A stretch of 64,000 bases of DNA from a bacterium. Lineage in GTDB: Bacteria > Krumholzibacteriota > Krumholzibacteriia > G020349025. This document shows, one piece after another, positions 28,120 through 38,798 of this stretch; positions within the stretch are counted from its first letter, which is position 1, and the number at the start of each line of letters is the position of its first letter. A program made the position numbers and the translations under genes. Below the pieces are notes generated by a model. That model did not search any database, was not told the DNA's origin, and worked only from the letters and a program-made list of their open reading frames with translations. The stretch is from positions 1 to 64,000 of the forward strand of contig JANLSU010000067.1 in NCBI GenBank assembly GCA_031362565.1. Direction: 5' to 3'.

Positions 28120-29844
28120 TTACTGGTTCTGCAGCGTTCCCGGGTCCTGCACGAGCACCGGCGGCGCATTCTCGGGCAGGTTGGTGAGGCCGCGCGCGGC
28201 GAGCGCCGCACGCAACCGCTGGCGCAGGCCCTCGGGGTCGGCGTTGTGGTTGAAATAGAAATGTTGAAATTGATTCCAGTCGGCAGTGAGCCGCCACGGC
28301 TGCAGGGTCGGCACCGACGGCAGATACGACTCCGCCAGCCAAATCGGGAAATCGAGAAAACGCGCCCCGTGGCATGTCTTGAGATGATCCATGAGGGCGC
28401 GGTCGTAGACCACGATGTCACCCGCGACGCCGCCGAGTTCGATGAGCGAGTATACCGGCACATTGCGCACCGGATTGAAGTGAAATCGCAAGTTCACGCC
28501 GCGCCGGAACAGGTACTCCGGCGTCGCGAACTTCTCGTGCCCCGGCCGGCCGCGCTGCCGGATGGGTTGATGCGCGATGGTGGCGTCCGTGAGGCCAAAG
28601 CGCTCGACCGCGTTCGGGTACTGGGTGTAGTACGCCAGCGCGGCCTGCCCGCCGCTGACCAGAATCGTCGCGTCGGTGCCGGCGAAGCACTCGCGCAAGT
28701 GGCCGGCCGCCTCGCGAATCTCGCGCATGCGAAAATCGGGATAGAACTGCGGTTCGTCGACGATCCCGGACACGTTGCGTTTGTTGCCCACGATCGTGTG
28801 TTTGCGCACGATCCCCACCACCATGAGGCCGGCGCACAGGAATGCGGCCGTAGCACGCCATCCCGGCCGTGGCAAGGATTGGACGCCGGCTTCGACGAGC
28901 AACAGCAAGAGCGGTGTGGTGGGCAGGAAGAAGCGCGCGAACATGAAGTCGCCGCCACCCCGGGTCACGAGCAGGATCGTCGCCACCGCGGCCGCAAAAA
29001 AGAGCCCCAGCGCCCGAGCGGTGCGGCGGGCATCGGGGTCCACGCTCGCCAGGCCGCGCCCGACCGGCACCGCCGCCGTGAGTCCCAAGAGGAGCACGAA
29101 GTACGACCCAAAGTAGGTCTTGAGGTAGATCCATCCTTGCGACCAGTAGGCGAGTCCGCCCGACTTCGCGTAGTACGGATTGGGCAACGGATAGCCGTAA
29201 TAGGCCATGCGAAATACAAAGAGCGGCACGGCCAACAGCGACCACGTGATGACGAAATCACGTAGCGCCCGGCGATCCGTCCAAGCCAAGAACGCCCCTG
29301 CGAGCCCGGTATAGAGCAATCCCTCCGGACGCAGGAGCGTCGCAACCGCCAGTGCCCACCCGCCCCAAGCCCCGCGCCGCGCCGAACGTCCAACCGCCAC
29401 CGCTTCGAATCCCACCAACAAGGCCCAAGTAAACGCCGCCGTTTCCAGCCCCCCGGATGCGAACCGGCGCGCGTCCTCGTGCAGCGCCCAGCAAATCATC
29501 GCGACCGGAACGCCCCAAAGCCCGCCGCGCCCGGGAAACAAACGGCCCGAGAGACGCACGAGCCAAATCAAACAACCCAGGTACGCCGGCAACGCCGCGT
29601 AGCGTCCGAGCCAAATCGGGTCCATGTGCAGGGCGCGGCCGGCGGTCAGCAGCGCGAACCAGAGGAAGTGCGTATAGCCTTCGGAATGCTCGCCGGCGTT
29701 GTACACCGGTCCAAGGCCCGCGAGCACGTTGTCGCAGTAGCGGAACGTAATAAAGATGTCGTCGGTGACCCACGCCCGAACCGCGGCCGACACCACCGCC
29801 GCCAGGGCCACCGCCACCCAAACCGCGGCCGACAATTGCGCCAT
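28120..29844 (-). CDS. Polytopic membrane glycosyltransferase-like protein (GT-C fold-like)
   Basis: WVTDDIFITFRY...[45 protein letters not shown]; many transmembrane segments. ATG 29844 preferred over the ORF-track start 30102. Confidence 0.78.
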   Translation of the reverse strand: MAQLSAAVWVAVALAAVVSAAVRAWVTDDIFITFRYCDNVLAGLGPVYNAGEHSEGYTHFLWFALLTAGRALHMDPIWLGRYAALPAYLGCLIWLVRLSGRLFPGRGGLWGVPVAMICWALHEDARRFASGGLETAAFTWALLVGFEAVAVGRSARRGAWGGWALAVATLLRPEGLLYTGLAGAFLAWTDRRALRDFVITWSLLAVPLFVFRMAYYGYPLPNPYYAKSGGLAYWSQGWIYLKTYFGSYFVLLLGLTAAVPVGRGLASVDPDARRTARALGLFFAAAVATILLVTRGGGDFMFARFFLPTTPLLLLLVEAGVQSLPRPGWRATAAFLCAGLMVVGIVRKHTIVGNKRNVSGIVDEPQFYPDFRMREIREAAGHLRECFAGTDATILVSGGQAALAYYTQYPNAVERFGLTDATIAHQPIRQRGRPGHEKFATPEYLFRRGVNLRFHFNPVRNVPVYSLIELGGVAGDIVVYDRALMDHLKTCHGARFLDFPIWLAESYLPSVPTLQPWRLTADWNQFQHFYFNHNADPEGLRQRLRAALAARGLTNLPENAPPVLVQDPGTLQNQ

Positions 29845-29949
29845 GCGGCTGTGCTCGCGCCAAGCGGCGAATTCGCGCACCAAATTCCTCCCGAGGACTC
29901 GACCGGGCAGCGCGCCGCCGCCGCACGGGGCCCAAGATAGACCATGTCG

Positions 29950-30002
29950 GCTGCGTTGCGGAGCGTGGCGCTGCGTTGCGGGGCGTGGCGGCTGCGTTGC
30001 GG
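29950..30002. repeat. Three direct repeats of GCTGCGTTGCGG at 20/21-nt spacing
   Basis: Copies start at 29950, 29970 and 29991, in the divergent intergenic region. Confidence 0.8.
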
Positions 30003-30053
30003 GGTCTGCCGGCGCGGTGCTAGCCTGCCTCGTCCGCCTTAGGAGGCCGCCCG

Positions 30054-30668
30054 TTGAACCCCATGCTGTCCGCCGCTTTGCAGCGCGACCTGGTGCTCGC
30101 ATCCACGAGCCCGCGGCGCGCCGCCATTCTCCGCATGCTTGATTTCGACTTCGAAACCGTCGCGGCGCCCATTGCGGAAGAGGAGCATGGCCTGGCCGAT
30201 CCCGAACCGCACGTCCTGCAGCTCGCCCACCTCAAAGCGCAAGCGGCGCGAGCCCACCGCCCGAGCGGCGTATTGATCGGCGCCGACACCGTCGTGGCGA
30301 TCGGCGGCGAAATCCTCGAAAAACCCACCTCGCACGCCGATGCACTGGCGATGCAAAAGCGCTTGCGTGGCCAGTGGCACACGGTTTTCACCGGCGTCGC
30401 CCTCGTCGACGCGGCATCCGGACGGCACGCCGCCGCCGCGGAGCGGACCGAAGTCCATTTTCAGGCCTGGGACGATGAGTTTCTGGAACGTTACGTGGCG
30501 ACCGGCGAAGGCATGGACAAGGCCGGCGCCTACGCCATTCAAGGTCTCGGCGCCTTGCTCGTGCGCGAGATCCGCGGCTGCTATTTCAATGTGATGGGAT
30601 TCCCGGTGGGCTGCTTCGTGCGCCTTCTCGAGCACTTCCACCTTCCGGAGGCGACACGTGGCGGTTGA
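30054..30668 (+). CDS. maf: Maf family nucleoside triphosphate pyrophosphatase
   Basis: LVLASTSPRR; IGADTVV; EKP; DKAGAYAIQG; NVMGFP. Confidence 0.93.
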   Translation: MNPMLSAALQRDLVLASTSPRRAAILRMLDFDFETVAAPIAEEEHGLADPEPHVLQLAHLKAQAARAHRPSGVLIGADTVVAIGGEILEKPTSHADALAMQKRLRGQWHTVFTGVALVDAASGRHAAAAERTEVHFQAWDDEFLERYVATGEGMDKAGAYAIQGLGALLVREIRGCYFNVMGFPVGCFVRLLEHFHLPEATRGG

Positions 30669-31713
30669 AACGCTTGCCTATCGCGACGGCGCCATCGAAA
30701 TCATCGACCAGACGCTATTGCCCGGCGAATTGCGCATCGTGCGCCTCGAGCACCTCGACGACTTGTGCGAAGCGATTCGCAGCCTGCGCGTGCGCGGCGC
30801 CCCGGCAATCGGCGTCGCGGCGGCCTACGGTTTCCGCCTCGTCGCCGACACCTGGTGGCGGGAGGGGGGCGGGACCGCCGAGGAATTGCGTCTGCGTCTG
30901 CGGACCACGGGCCGCACCCTGGCCGCGACCCGTCCAACCGCCCGCAATCTCTTTATGGCCATCGAACGCTTGCAGGCTGCGGTCGATGCGCCGTGCCCTT
31001 CGGCGCGCGAACTCGTCGACCGGGTGGCGGAGACGGCGGTTGCCGTCCACACCGAGGATCGGGCCCTTTGTCAGGCCATCGCCCGGCACGGCGCCGAACT
31101 TCTGCCGCAAGAAGCGCGGGTCATCACCCATTGCAATGCTGGCGCCCTGGCCACCGGCGGCATCGGCACGGCGCTCGGCATCATCTATGAGGCGGTCAGG
31201 CAGGGTAAATCGGTGCACGTCTTCGCGGACGAAACGCGGCCGCTTTTGCAGGGCGCCCGGCTCACGGCGTGGGAACTGGGTCAAGGCGGTGTGCCGGTGA
31301 CCCTGCTGTGCGACAACGCGGCGGCATCGCTGCTCGCCACGGGCGGGATCCATTGCGCCATCGTCGGCGCCGACCGCATCGCCCGCAACGGCGACACCGC
31401 GAACAAGGTCGGAACGCTGTCGCTGGCGCTCGCGGCGCGGCGCTTCGGCGTGCCGTTTTATGTCGCCGCCCCATCCACGACCTTCGACCTGGCGCTCCTC
31501 TCGGGCGCCGAGATTCCAATCGAACAGCGCGGCGCCTCCGAAGTGGCGAGCGGTTTCGGCAGGGTGACCGCGCCCGCCGGTGTGGCCGTATACAACCCCG
31601 CCTTCGACGTCACGCCGGGCGACCTCATTGCGGCGATCGTTCACGAACATGGTGTGGTGCGGCCGCCCTACGAAAAGACTCTTGCCGAGAGTCTCGGCGT
31701 CCCACACCTTTAG
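30658..31713 (+). CDS. mtnA: S-methyl-5-thioribose-1-phosphate isomerase
   Basis: IDQTLLP; VRGAPAIG; THCNAGALAT; DETRPLLQGARLT; GADRIARNGDTANKVG; NPAFDVTP. Confidence 0.95.
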   Translation: MAVETLAYRDGAIEIIDQTLLPGELRIVRLEHLDDLCEAIRSLRVRGAPAIGVAAAYGFRLVADTWWREGGGTAEELRLRLRTTGRTLAATRPTARNLFMAIERLQAAVDAPCPSARELVDRVAETAVAVHTEDRALCQAIARHGAELLPQEARVITHCNAGALATGGIGTALGIIYEAVRQGKSVHVFADETRPLLQGARLTAWELGQGGVPVTLLCDNAAASLLATGGIHCAIVGADRIARNGDTANKVGTLSLALAARRFGVPFYVAAPSTTFDLALLSGAEIPIEQRGASEVASGFGRVTAPAGVAVYNPAFDVTPGDLIAAIVHEHGVVRPPYEKTLAESLGVPHL

Positions 31714-31802
31714 CTTTGTGCATCGCCACACCCTTGATGTGGCGTCATTCCGGCCGCCGCGCGTCGTGCCCCGCTCGGCGGCCCATCACGCTCGCACCCG
31801 CG

Positions 31803-31832
31803 TTGACAGCGGGTGCGCGGCCCGAGTAGGCT
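31803..31832 (+). promoter_or_regulatory. Sigma-70 promoter for the TonB receptor operon
   Basis: TTGACA-N18-TAGGCT. Confidence 0.45.
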
Positions 31833-31906
31833 CGGCGCGGAATGCAGAGCAACTCCTTGTCCGTACCTCGTTTTCGGGACACAACGGCTTGTTCAACGAG
31901 CTTGCC

Positions 31907-34693
31907 ATGAGTCGGAATTCGGGACTGCGTCCGCGGCGCCGGCGTGCCGTGTGGGCGGCGCTTTGTCTCGTCTTGATAGGCGCTGCCGGCACCGCAAGGG
32001 CGCAGGACGTCGGTACCGTGACCGGTGTCGTCGTCGATTCGACGACCGCGAAACCCTTGCCATTCGCGAATGTCATCTTGGTGGACACGCGCCTGGGTGC
32101 CAACGCGAAGATGGACGGCACTTTCGAAATCCGCAGCGTGCCGCCCGGCGAGTACCGGGCCCGCGGCACGTATTTGGGATACGAAGCGAGTTTTCGACCG
32201 GTCACCGTGACGGCCGGCGGTACCGGCACCTTGCGCTTTACGCTCCGCAAGAAGATCGCCGCCGGTACCACCAAAAAAATCGTCGTGCTCGACACCCGCC
32301 CGCTCGTCAACGTGTCGGAGATCTCGACCGTGCGCTCGACGCGCGCCGAAGACATCAGCAAGATGACTGTCGATGAAGTCTCCGGCGTGGTGCAGCGCCA
32401 GGTGGGCGTCTCAGGCACCGACGAAGAGATCCATGTGCGCGGCGGGCGCAGCGACGAAACGCTGTTCCGCATCGAAAGTGTCGCGATGAAAAACGTCGTG
32501 ACCGGTGCGCCGGTGGGCGGCCAGCTCTCCGCCAAGGCAGTCCAAGAAATCCAAGTCATTACGGGTGGCTACCAGGCCGAGTACGGCCAGGCGATCAGCG
32601 GTGTCGTCGACGTCGAGCTACGGGAGCCGGGGCGCGAACGCAAGTCGGCGGTCGAGGTGCAAGGCGGCAGCTTCGGCACCCAGCGGCTCTTCCTGCAGAC
32701 CGAAGGCCGCGAACCGTTGTCGGCGCACATCTTGCCGGCCCTCGGCGTGCACGTTCCGGGCACGTTGGGTCTCTTGCTCGGTGTCGACATGCTGTCCACG
32801 GACACCTATTTGCCGAGCCAGCGCCGCACGACCAACTTCAGCGGTACGCGGCGCTCGTTGCGTTCGGGGTACGATGCGTCGCTCTTCGGCTTGCAATTCA
32901 ACTACGACGATGTCCTGCGCAGCCGCCAGAAGAACAGCCTGAACGGCTATGCCAAAATGACCTGGCGCCCGACGACGCGGCATCGCGTCAACCTGACGCT
33001 CACCAAGTTCGTCGGCATCGACCACGGCTTCGGACGGTTCCGCCTCGGTGACGAAGTCTCCGACGCGTCGTCGACCAGCACGCCGTACCACTTCGAATTC
33101 CGCGACCAAATGGACCAGTACCCGACCTTCACCGAGGAAACCAACGCCCAAATCCTCAACTGGAAATATGCGATCAACGACAAGTCGTTTTCGTCGACGT
33201 CGATTTCGCACTTTTTCAACACCGTGCAGCAGTCGGTCCAGGGCAAGCTGTGGTCGGAATACGACGAGTGGCGTCCGCCGGGCCGCGACCAGTTCTTCAT
33301 CGCCGACGACAACGGCGACTATCCGTTCTTCCAGGACCTGTTCGTGGACCGCTGGAGTGGGAGCGGCAACTTCACGCGCCGCTGGCACGGCCACCACGAA
33401 TTCAAGGCCGGCATCGAGGCCAGCTACTACACGCTGCAAATGATCGAAATACGCAATCCGCGCGAAGGCCCCGCGGGGCTTGGCAGCGTGCGCGACCTGT
33501 ACCGGGTGCACCCGAACGACGGGTCTTTCTACGCCCAAAATCAGTTCAAGTACGAGGGCTTCGTCGGCCACGCCGGCTTGCGCGGCGACTATCTCTTCCT
33601 CGGCAATGAAGCCGACGACGCGGTCGCCGAGCGCCGCAACGGTATGACCGAATCCGTGGCGCAGGCCTATCTGGACGACACGCGGTCGCTGTTCGGACAT
33701 CGCTACAAGATGTTCTTCAGCCCCCGGCTCGGCATCAACCACCCGATCACCGAACGCGATGAAATGCACTTCAACTTCGGGCATTTCATCCAGTGGCCGC
33801 GGCTCGTGTACTACTACGCCAAGATCGGCTCGAACTCGAGCGAGGCCTTTCCGGTGACCGGCAACCTCGACCTCGATCCGCAGCGCTCGGTGCAGTACGA
33901 AGCCGGCGTCAAACATCAGTTTGGCGACAACGACGCCATCGACGCGACGTTCTTCAACAAGGATGTCTACGACTATCCGACGGCGACACGCCCGGTCGAA
34001 GCGGCGGCGCGCCGGCTGGTGTACATCAACGACGATTTTTCGCGCACCCGTGGCTTCGAATTCCAGTACCAGCACCGCGCCAGCAGGCGCCTCTCCGGCA
34101 CCGCGTCCTACGAGTATCAGATCGCGACCGGCAAACCCGCCGATCCGAACCGCATCAAGCAAGTCGATCCCGACGCGCTGGAAACCGGCGACGTGGAGCC
34201 CGACCTGACCGAACAGTTCATGCCGTGGAACCGGCCGCACCGCGTGCAGCTGACGGTGGACTGGCGGTTTGGCAAAGGCGATCGCACCAAACTGGGCGGC
34301 TGGACGCTGCCGGACAACTGGGGCGTGAACGCCTACTACACGCTGCAATCGGGCCGCCCGTATACGCCCACCAACTCGCGTGGCGAGCGCACCGGGAAGA
34401 ACAACTCCAAGAATGCGCCGTTCGAGAATGATCTGGATCTCAAGCTCAACAAACGCTGGGACCTGCGTGCCGGGTCGTGTTTCGGCGTCAATTTCGAAGC
34501 GCGCAACGTCTTCAACACCCAGGTTCTGCGCGTTGTCGATCCGAGCACTGGGGCGAAACCGCAAGTCGGCGTCGGCCGCTACCAGACCCTGACAACCGAT
34601 ACGTCGCGCGCCACGCTTGCCCAGTCGCTGTCGAGTCCCGCCTTCTTCGCCGAAGGCCGCAACCTCCGGCTTGGGTTGGAGGTGACGTTCTGA
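31907..34693 (+). CDS. TonB-dependent outer membrane receptor with N-terminal carboxypeptidase-regulatory-like domain
   Basis: Signal peptide; GTVTGVVVD..PLPFANV; plug motifs HVRGGRSDE and ITGGYQAEYGQAISGVV; FSPRLG; C-terminal LRLGLEVTF. Confidence 0.9.
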   Translation: MSRNSGLRPRRRRAVWAALCLVLIGAAGTARAQDVGTVTGVVVDSTTAKPLPFANVILVDTRLGANAKMDGTFEIRSVPPGEYRARGTYLGYEASFRPVTVTAGGTGTLRFTLRKKIAAGTTKKIVVLDTRPLVNVSEISTVRSTRAEDISKMTVDEVSGVVQRQVGVSGTDEEIHVRGGRSDETLFRIESVAMKNVVTGAPVGGQLSAKAVQEIQVITGGYQAEYGQAISGVVDVELREPGRERKSAVEVQGGSFGTQRLFLQTEGREPLSAHILPALGVHVPGTLGLLLGVDMLSTDTYLPSQRRTTNFSGTRRSLRSGYDASLFGLQFNYDDVLRSRQKNSLNGYAKMTWRPTTRHRVNLTLTKFVGIDHGFGRFRLGDEVSDASSTSTPYHFEFRDQMDQYPTFTEETNAQILNWKYAINDKSFSSTSISHFFNTVQQSVQGKLWSEYDEWRPPGRDQFFIADDNGDYPFFQDLFVDRWSGSGNFTRRWHGHHEFKAGIEASYYTLQMIEIRNPREGPAGLGSVRDLYRVHPNDGSFYAQNQFKYEGFVGHAGLRGDYLFLGNEADDAVAERRNGMTESVAQAYLDDTRSLFGHRYKMFFSPRLGINHPITERDEMHFNFGHFIQWPRLVYYYAKIGSNSSEAFPVTGNLDLDPQRSVQYEAGVKHQFGDNDAIDATFFNKDVYDYPTATRPVEAAARRLVYINDDFSRTRGFEFQYQHRASRRLSGTASYEYQIATGKPADPNRIKQVDPDALETGDVEPDLTEQFMPWNRPHRVQLTVDWRFGKGDRTKLGGWTLPDNWGVNAYYTLQSGRPYTPTNSRGERTGKNNSKNAPFENDLDLKLNKRWDLRAGSCFGVNFEARNVFNTQVLRVVDPSTGAKPQVGVGRYQTLTTDTSRATLAQSLSSPAFFAEGRNLRLGLEVTF

Positions 34694-35715
34694 TGCGCCG
34701 GCTGCCTACCGCTTCGCAACACCTCGTGACCGGTCTCACGGCGCTCGCGGTTGCCGTGACCGGCGCGCCGCCCGTCGCACGCGCCGCCGAAGAACTGGGC
34801 GCGCAGCGCGTCGCGACCTCCATGTTGACCTTCTTGAAGATCGGCGTCGGCGCCCGCGCCGAGGCCATGGGCGAGGCCTTCGTCCCGGTGGCCGACGACG
34901 CGACGACGTTGCATTGGAATCCCGCCGGCATCGGCGACCTGCCCAAACGCAGCGTGCATGTCTCGCACACGAGCTGGCCGGCCGACATCGACTATCAGAA
35001 CGCTATTTACGTGCAGCCGACGGGGTTTTTCGGCGGCGGTTTCGGCGTCCAGATCGCCTCACTGCGGACGACCCTCGACTACACGACCGAAGCCGAACCG
35101 TTGCCGCACGGCCGCACGTTCGGCTATTCCGACCTGTTGCTCGGCGTCGGCTACTCGCGGCCGTTCACCGACCACTTCACCCTCGGCGTCGGGCTCAAGT
35201 ACCTGCGTGAGGATCTGGGTTCGGACGTCGGCGGCAGCGTGCTCGGCTCCTGGAGCCTCGACATGGGCACGGTTTTCCGCCTGCCGTACCGCGGGTTTCG
35301 CGTCTCGATGGCGTGGACCAACTTCGGGCCGGATTTCAAACCACCGGGTGGGTTCCACAGTGTGGGTCCCAATCCGAGCGACGTGCGCTACGCCAGCTTT
35401 TCGCCGGCCAGCATCTTTGCCTTCGGAGTGGCGCTCGAACCGATCAAGCGCCAGCACTATCGCTTGCTGACCGCATTGCAGTTCGACCATCCGGCCGACG
35501 GCGCGGAACTCGTCAAGGGTGGCGCCGAACTGTGGCTCGACGAAATGCTGGCGCTGCGCGCCGGTTGGAACCCGCGCTCGGCGGAAATGGATTTCTCGAC
35601 CGGAATCGGTCTGCGCGGCGCCTTCTCGGGGCGCGTCGTGCACTTCGACTACGCCTACACCGACGGCAATGCACTCGGGCGCGTCGACCGCTTCAGTGTG
35701 GAGGTCGAGTTCTGA
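34693..35715 (+). CDS. PorV/PorQ-family outer membrane beta-barrel
   Basis: FLKIGVGARAEAMGEA..ADDATTLHWNPAG; C-terminal DYAY...RFSVEVEF; ATG overlaps the receptor stop codon. Confidence 0.85.
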   Translation: MRRLPTASQHLVTGLTALAVAVTGAPPVARAAEELGAQRVATSMLTFLKIGVGARAEAMGEAFVPVADDATTLHWNPAGIGDLPKRSVHVSHTSWPADIDYQNAIYVQPTGFFGGGFGVQIASLRTTLDYTTEAEPLPHGRTFGYSDLLLGVGYSRPFTDHFTLGVGLKYLREDLGSDVGGSVLGSWSLDMGTVFRLPYRGFRVSMAWTNFGPDFKPPGGFHSVGPNPSDVRYASFSPASIFAFGVALEPIKRQHYRLLTALQFDHPADGAELVKGGAELWLDEMLALRAGWNPRSAEMDFSTGIGLRGAFSGRVVHFDYAYTDGNALGRVDRFSVEVEF

Positions 35716-36746
35716 TGCACCCGACCGCCACCACACGACGGGCGAGCGTGTCACGGCTCGCCTGGTTGATGCTCGCCGCGTCGATGTTCGCTGGACTCGA
35801 CACCGGTTGCGGGCGGCGGCTCGATTTGCCTGCCGAGCCCGATTCGGACGGCGGCCCGGCCGGGGAAGTCGCGTACGTCAAGAAATACGCCTGGGATGGC
35901 TTGCCGGCGCTCACCGATCTCGTGTTGACGCGCGGCCAGCAGCTCTACGGCATCGACCCCGCGGGCCGGGTGCGCAGTTGGTTTTCCGATACCGCGACAC
36001 CGCGCGAGAACACGTCTCGCAACCTGCCGGTCGATGTGATCGTCGGACCGGACACGCTGCGGGCGCCGGTGCAACTCTGTGAGGGCCTGGGCAGCACGCT
36101 GTGGGTGGCGTACTCGCAGCCGCAGCCGACGCTCTTGCAGTGGAATGTCGGTGTCGTGCCGCCGGTGCCAGTCGATTCCGGCGTCGTTCGCGACAACGCG
36201 TTCCGGCGTTTCGGCGGCATCGCCGCCGACCCTGACAGCAATCTCGTCTATGTGGCCGACGACAGCGTCAGCACGATCACCAAGTACGCGCCGTCGCGGA
36301 CCGGCGGCCATCGCATCGCCACCCTCGCCTCGCAGGGCAATGGGGATCATTTCGTTCAGCAGCCGCACGGCTTGTTCGCGTTCGGGGATTCACTCCTGGT
36401 CGCCGACACCGGTAAGAACTGGCTGCAGGTTCTCTCGTCGCGGGTGCCGTTCAGCGGCCGCGGCCAAGTGGAGGGTCCGATCGACCAACCGTTGCAGATG
36501 ATCTTGCCCCGCGACGTGTGGATCGACCCAACCGGCTTTTTCTACGTTACCGACACCGGCAACGCGCGGGTCTTGAAACTCACCCGCCAGGGCCGCATCA
36601 AGGAAATCGTCACCGAGCTGGACGTCGCTGCGGCCGACCATCCGAACACTCTCGCGGCCACCGACACCAAGGTTTGGGTCGTGGATCCCGACCTCGGCCG
36701 GTTGACCATCTATCAATTGAATACGGCGAGTGAGGGATTGCCATGA
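35715..36746 (+). CDS. NHL-repeat beta-propeller lipoprotein
   Basis: Lipobox-like LDTGC; repeats VYVADD, LLVADTGKN, FYVTDTGNARV. Confidence 0.75.
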   Translation: MHPTATTRRASVSRLAWLMLAASMFAGLDTGCGRRLDLPAEPDSDGGPAGEVAYVKKYAWDGLPALTDLVLTRGQQLYGIDPAGRVRSWFSDTATPRENTSRNLPVDVIVGPDTLRAPVQLCEGLGSTLWVAYSQPQPTLLQWNVGVVPPVPVDSGVVRDNAFRRFGGIAADPDSNLVYVADDSVSTITKYAPSRTGGHRIATLASQGNGDHFVQQPHGLFAFGDSLLVADTGKNWLQVLSSRVPFSGRGQVEGPIDQPLQMILPRDVWIDPTGFFYVTDTGNARVLKLTRQGRIKEIVTELDVAAADHPNTLAATDTKVWVVDPDLGRLTIYQLNTASEGLP

Positions 36747-38782
36747 TGCCACAGACACGCCGCCGTACAATCGCCGGTTTCGTGTTGCTCGGCGTGCTTG
36801 CCGCCGGCCTGGGGATCGCGCGCGCCGGCTCGCCGGAACGCGACGCCGTGAACAGCACGCCGGCGCCCCGCGGGCTGACTTTCTCGAGTAGCCGCAGCGG
36901 CGACGAGATCGAAGCGACAAGCTGCCTTTTGACCCCCACCGATATCGGCAATGTCCGCCTGATCGTGTCGAGCAACGGCACGTTCGGCACCGGGTTCTCG
37001 GCGCGCGAAACACCGTCGATGGAATGGCCGGCGCGCTCCGGCATCGACCATATGGTCCGCGCCTCGGTCTGGGTGGGGGCTATCAGTGCTGCCTCGGGTG
37101 ACACCCTGGTCTCGATCGGCGGACGCGACGCGCAATACACCGATGCCATCTGCCAGTACTCCGAGTGGACGCCGGTCGGCGGCCGGCCGCTGGAATTCTC
37201 GCGCCTGCGCACCAGCCCGTTCTACCGCAGCGGCACGGTGTCCGACGAAAATCTGCACACCGTGTACGTCGACTCGGTCCTCGTGCCGCGCACCGGCGCC
37301 GAACCACCGCACCGGCCGCTCGGGGTGCGTCTCGTGCAAGAAACCTATACCTGGGGATTCGACCCGCTCGATGACTTCGTGATCGTCGAGATGAACGTCG
37401 TCAACACCGGCGACATCTCGCTGCAGGACGTGTGGGTCGGCATCTACAGCGAAATGGTCACCAACGACCGGCAAGCCAACTGGCCGACCTGGCCGCCCGG
37501 CGGGCGTTGGTTCGATTTCCAAGCCCCGGAGTGGGATGCCGAACGCCACATGCTGGTCAACCACAACACCGAACGCCGGTTTGTGGGACCGGACGTGCGT
37601 GCGGCCATTAAAGTGCTGGGAACGGGCGGCCAAGGCCCCTTTGGGCGCGGCCCGGACAGCCTGTCGACGAAGCGCATTTCGCTCACGGCCTGGAACTGGA
37701 GCCCGACCCAGTTCCAAACCTGGACCGACGATTCGCTCTACATCCGCATGAGCACCGGGCGGATCACGAATCTCGACTCGACGATTTTCTCACCCGGCAT
37801 CGAAGCGAATCCGGTGACGATCGTTGCGGCGGGGCCGTTCGCGCAACTCGCGCCTGGCGACACCGCGCAAGTCGTGTTCGCGTTCATTGCCGCCGAGAGC
37901 CAAGTGGATCTCGAGAAGAACGCCTTCTGGGCCCAAAAGGCGTACAACGACAAGTACGCGCTGCCGTCGCCCCCCAGTCCGCCGCGGGTGCGCGTCTATC
38001 CGCGCCACAACGAAATCGTGCTGCGCTGGAACAGCGCGCCGGAATCCGAACCCGATCCCGCGACGCATTTGCCCGACTTCCAGGGCTATCGCGTCTACTT
38101 GAGCGAGAGCCCGCTGGCGGCGCGTTTCCAACTCGCACAGCAATACGACGTGCGCGATGGCGTCGGCTTCGATACCGGTTTGGAGGGCGTGCGCTTGCCG
38201 CAGCCCTATATCGATGGCCCCGACACGTTGCAGTACGAGGCACACTTGACCGGCATCCCCGACGGCCAGAAACGCTACGTTGCCGTCACCTCCTACGACT
38301 TCCAACAGGGCGTACCGCCGACTCTCGAGAGCGGTGTCTTGACGAATTCGGTGTACTGCATCACCGGCCCCGATGCCGCCCAAGCGCGCGGCCACAAGGT
38401 GAGCGTGTTCCCGAACCCCTATCGCGGTGAGTCGACCTTCGATGGCCGCGACGCACAGGGTGGCCTGAACCCACGCAAGCGCATCATTTGGTTCGTGAAC
38501 CTGCCGTCGCGGTCGCGGGTGCGCATTTACACCCTGGCCGGCGACCTGGTGCGCAGCTACGAGTACGACGCCGCGACGTATCGCGGCACCGAAGCGCAGG
38601 GGATCAAACCCGACAATGCGGACCTGTCGCAGGGCCGCTATCTGGTGACGGGCGGCACCATGGTCGCCTTCGATTTGCTGAGCGAGAACCGGCAGGAAAT
38701 CGCCACCGGCCTCTATCTGTTCTCGGTCAAGGACCTGGCGAACGGCGACACGCAGCAGGGCAAGTTCTTGGTGCTCAAGTAA
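36743..38782 (+). CDS. Secreted protein with FN3-like domain and T9SS-type C-terminal domain
   Basis: Signal peptide; IVLRW...DFQGYRVY...YVAVTSYD; C-terminal VSVFPNPY...RIYTLAGDLV...IATGLYLFSV...GKFLVLK. Confidence 0.75.
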   Translation: MMPQTRRRTIAGFVLLGVLAAGLGIARAGSPERDAVNSTPAPRGLTFSSSRSGDEIEATSCLLTPTDIGNVRLIVSSNGTFGTGFSARETPSMEWPARSGIDHMVRASVWVGAISAASGDTLVSIGGRDAQYTDAICQYSEWTPVGGRPLEFSRLRTSPFYRSGTVSDENLHTVYVDSVLVPRTGAEPPHRPLGVRLVQETYTWGFDPLDDFVIVEMNVVNTGDISLQDVWVGIYSEMVTNDRQANWPTWPPGGRWFDFQAPEWDAERHMLVNHNTERRFVGPDVRAAIKVLGTGGQGPFGRGPDSLSTKRISLTAWNWSPTQFQTWTDDSLYIRMSTGRITNLDSTIFSPGIEANPVTIVAAGPFAQLAPGDTAQVVFAFIAAESQVDLEKNAFWAQKAYNDKYALPSPPSPPRVRVYPRHNEIVLRWNSAPESEPDPATHLPDFQGYRVYLSESPLAARFQLAQQYDVRDGVGFDTGLEGVRLPQPYIDGPDTLQYEAHLTGIPDGQKRYVAVTSYDFQQGVPPTLESGVLTNSVYCITGPDAAQARGHKVSVFPNPYRGESTFDGRDAQGGLNPRKRIIWFVNLPSRSRVRIYTLAGDLVRSYEYDAATYRGTEAQGIKPDNADLSQGRYLVTGGTMVAFDLLSENRQEIATGLYLFSVKDLANGDTQQGKFLVLK

Positions 38783-38798
38783 CGGGAGCGGTGGTGCC

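Noticed and set aside
29950..30002. CRISPR array
   Set aside because: The 12-nt repeats have 8-9-nt near-identical spacers, and there are no cas genes. No CRISPR array was seen anywhere in the window.
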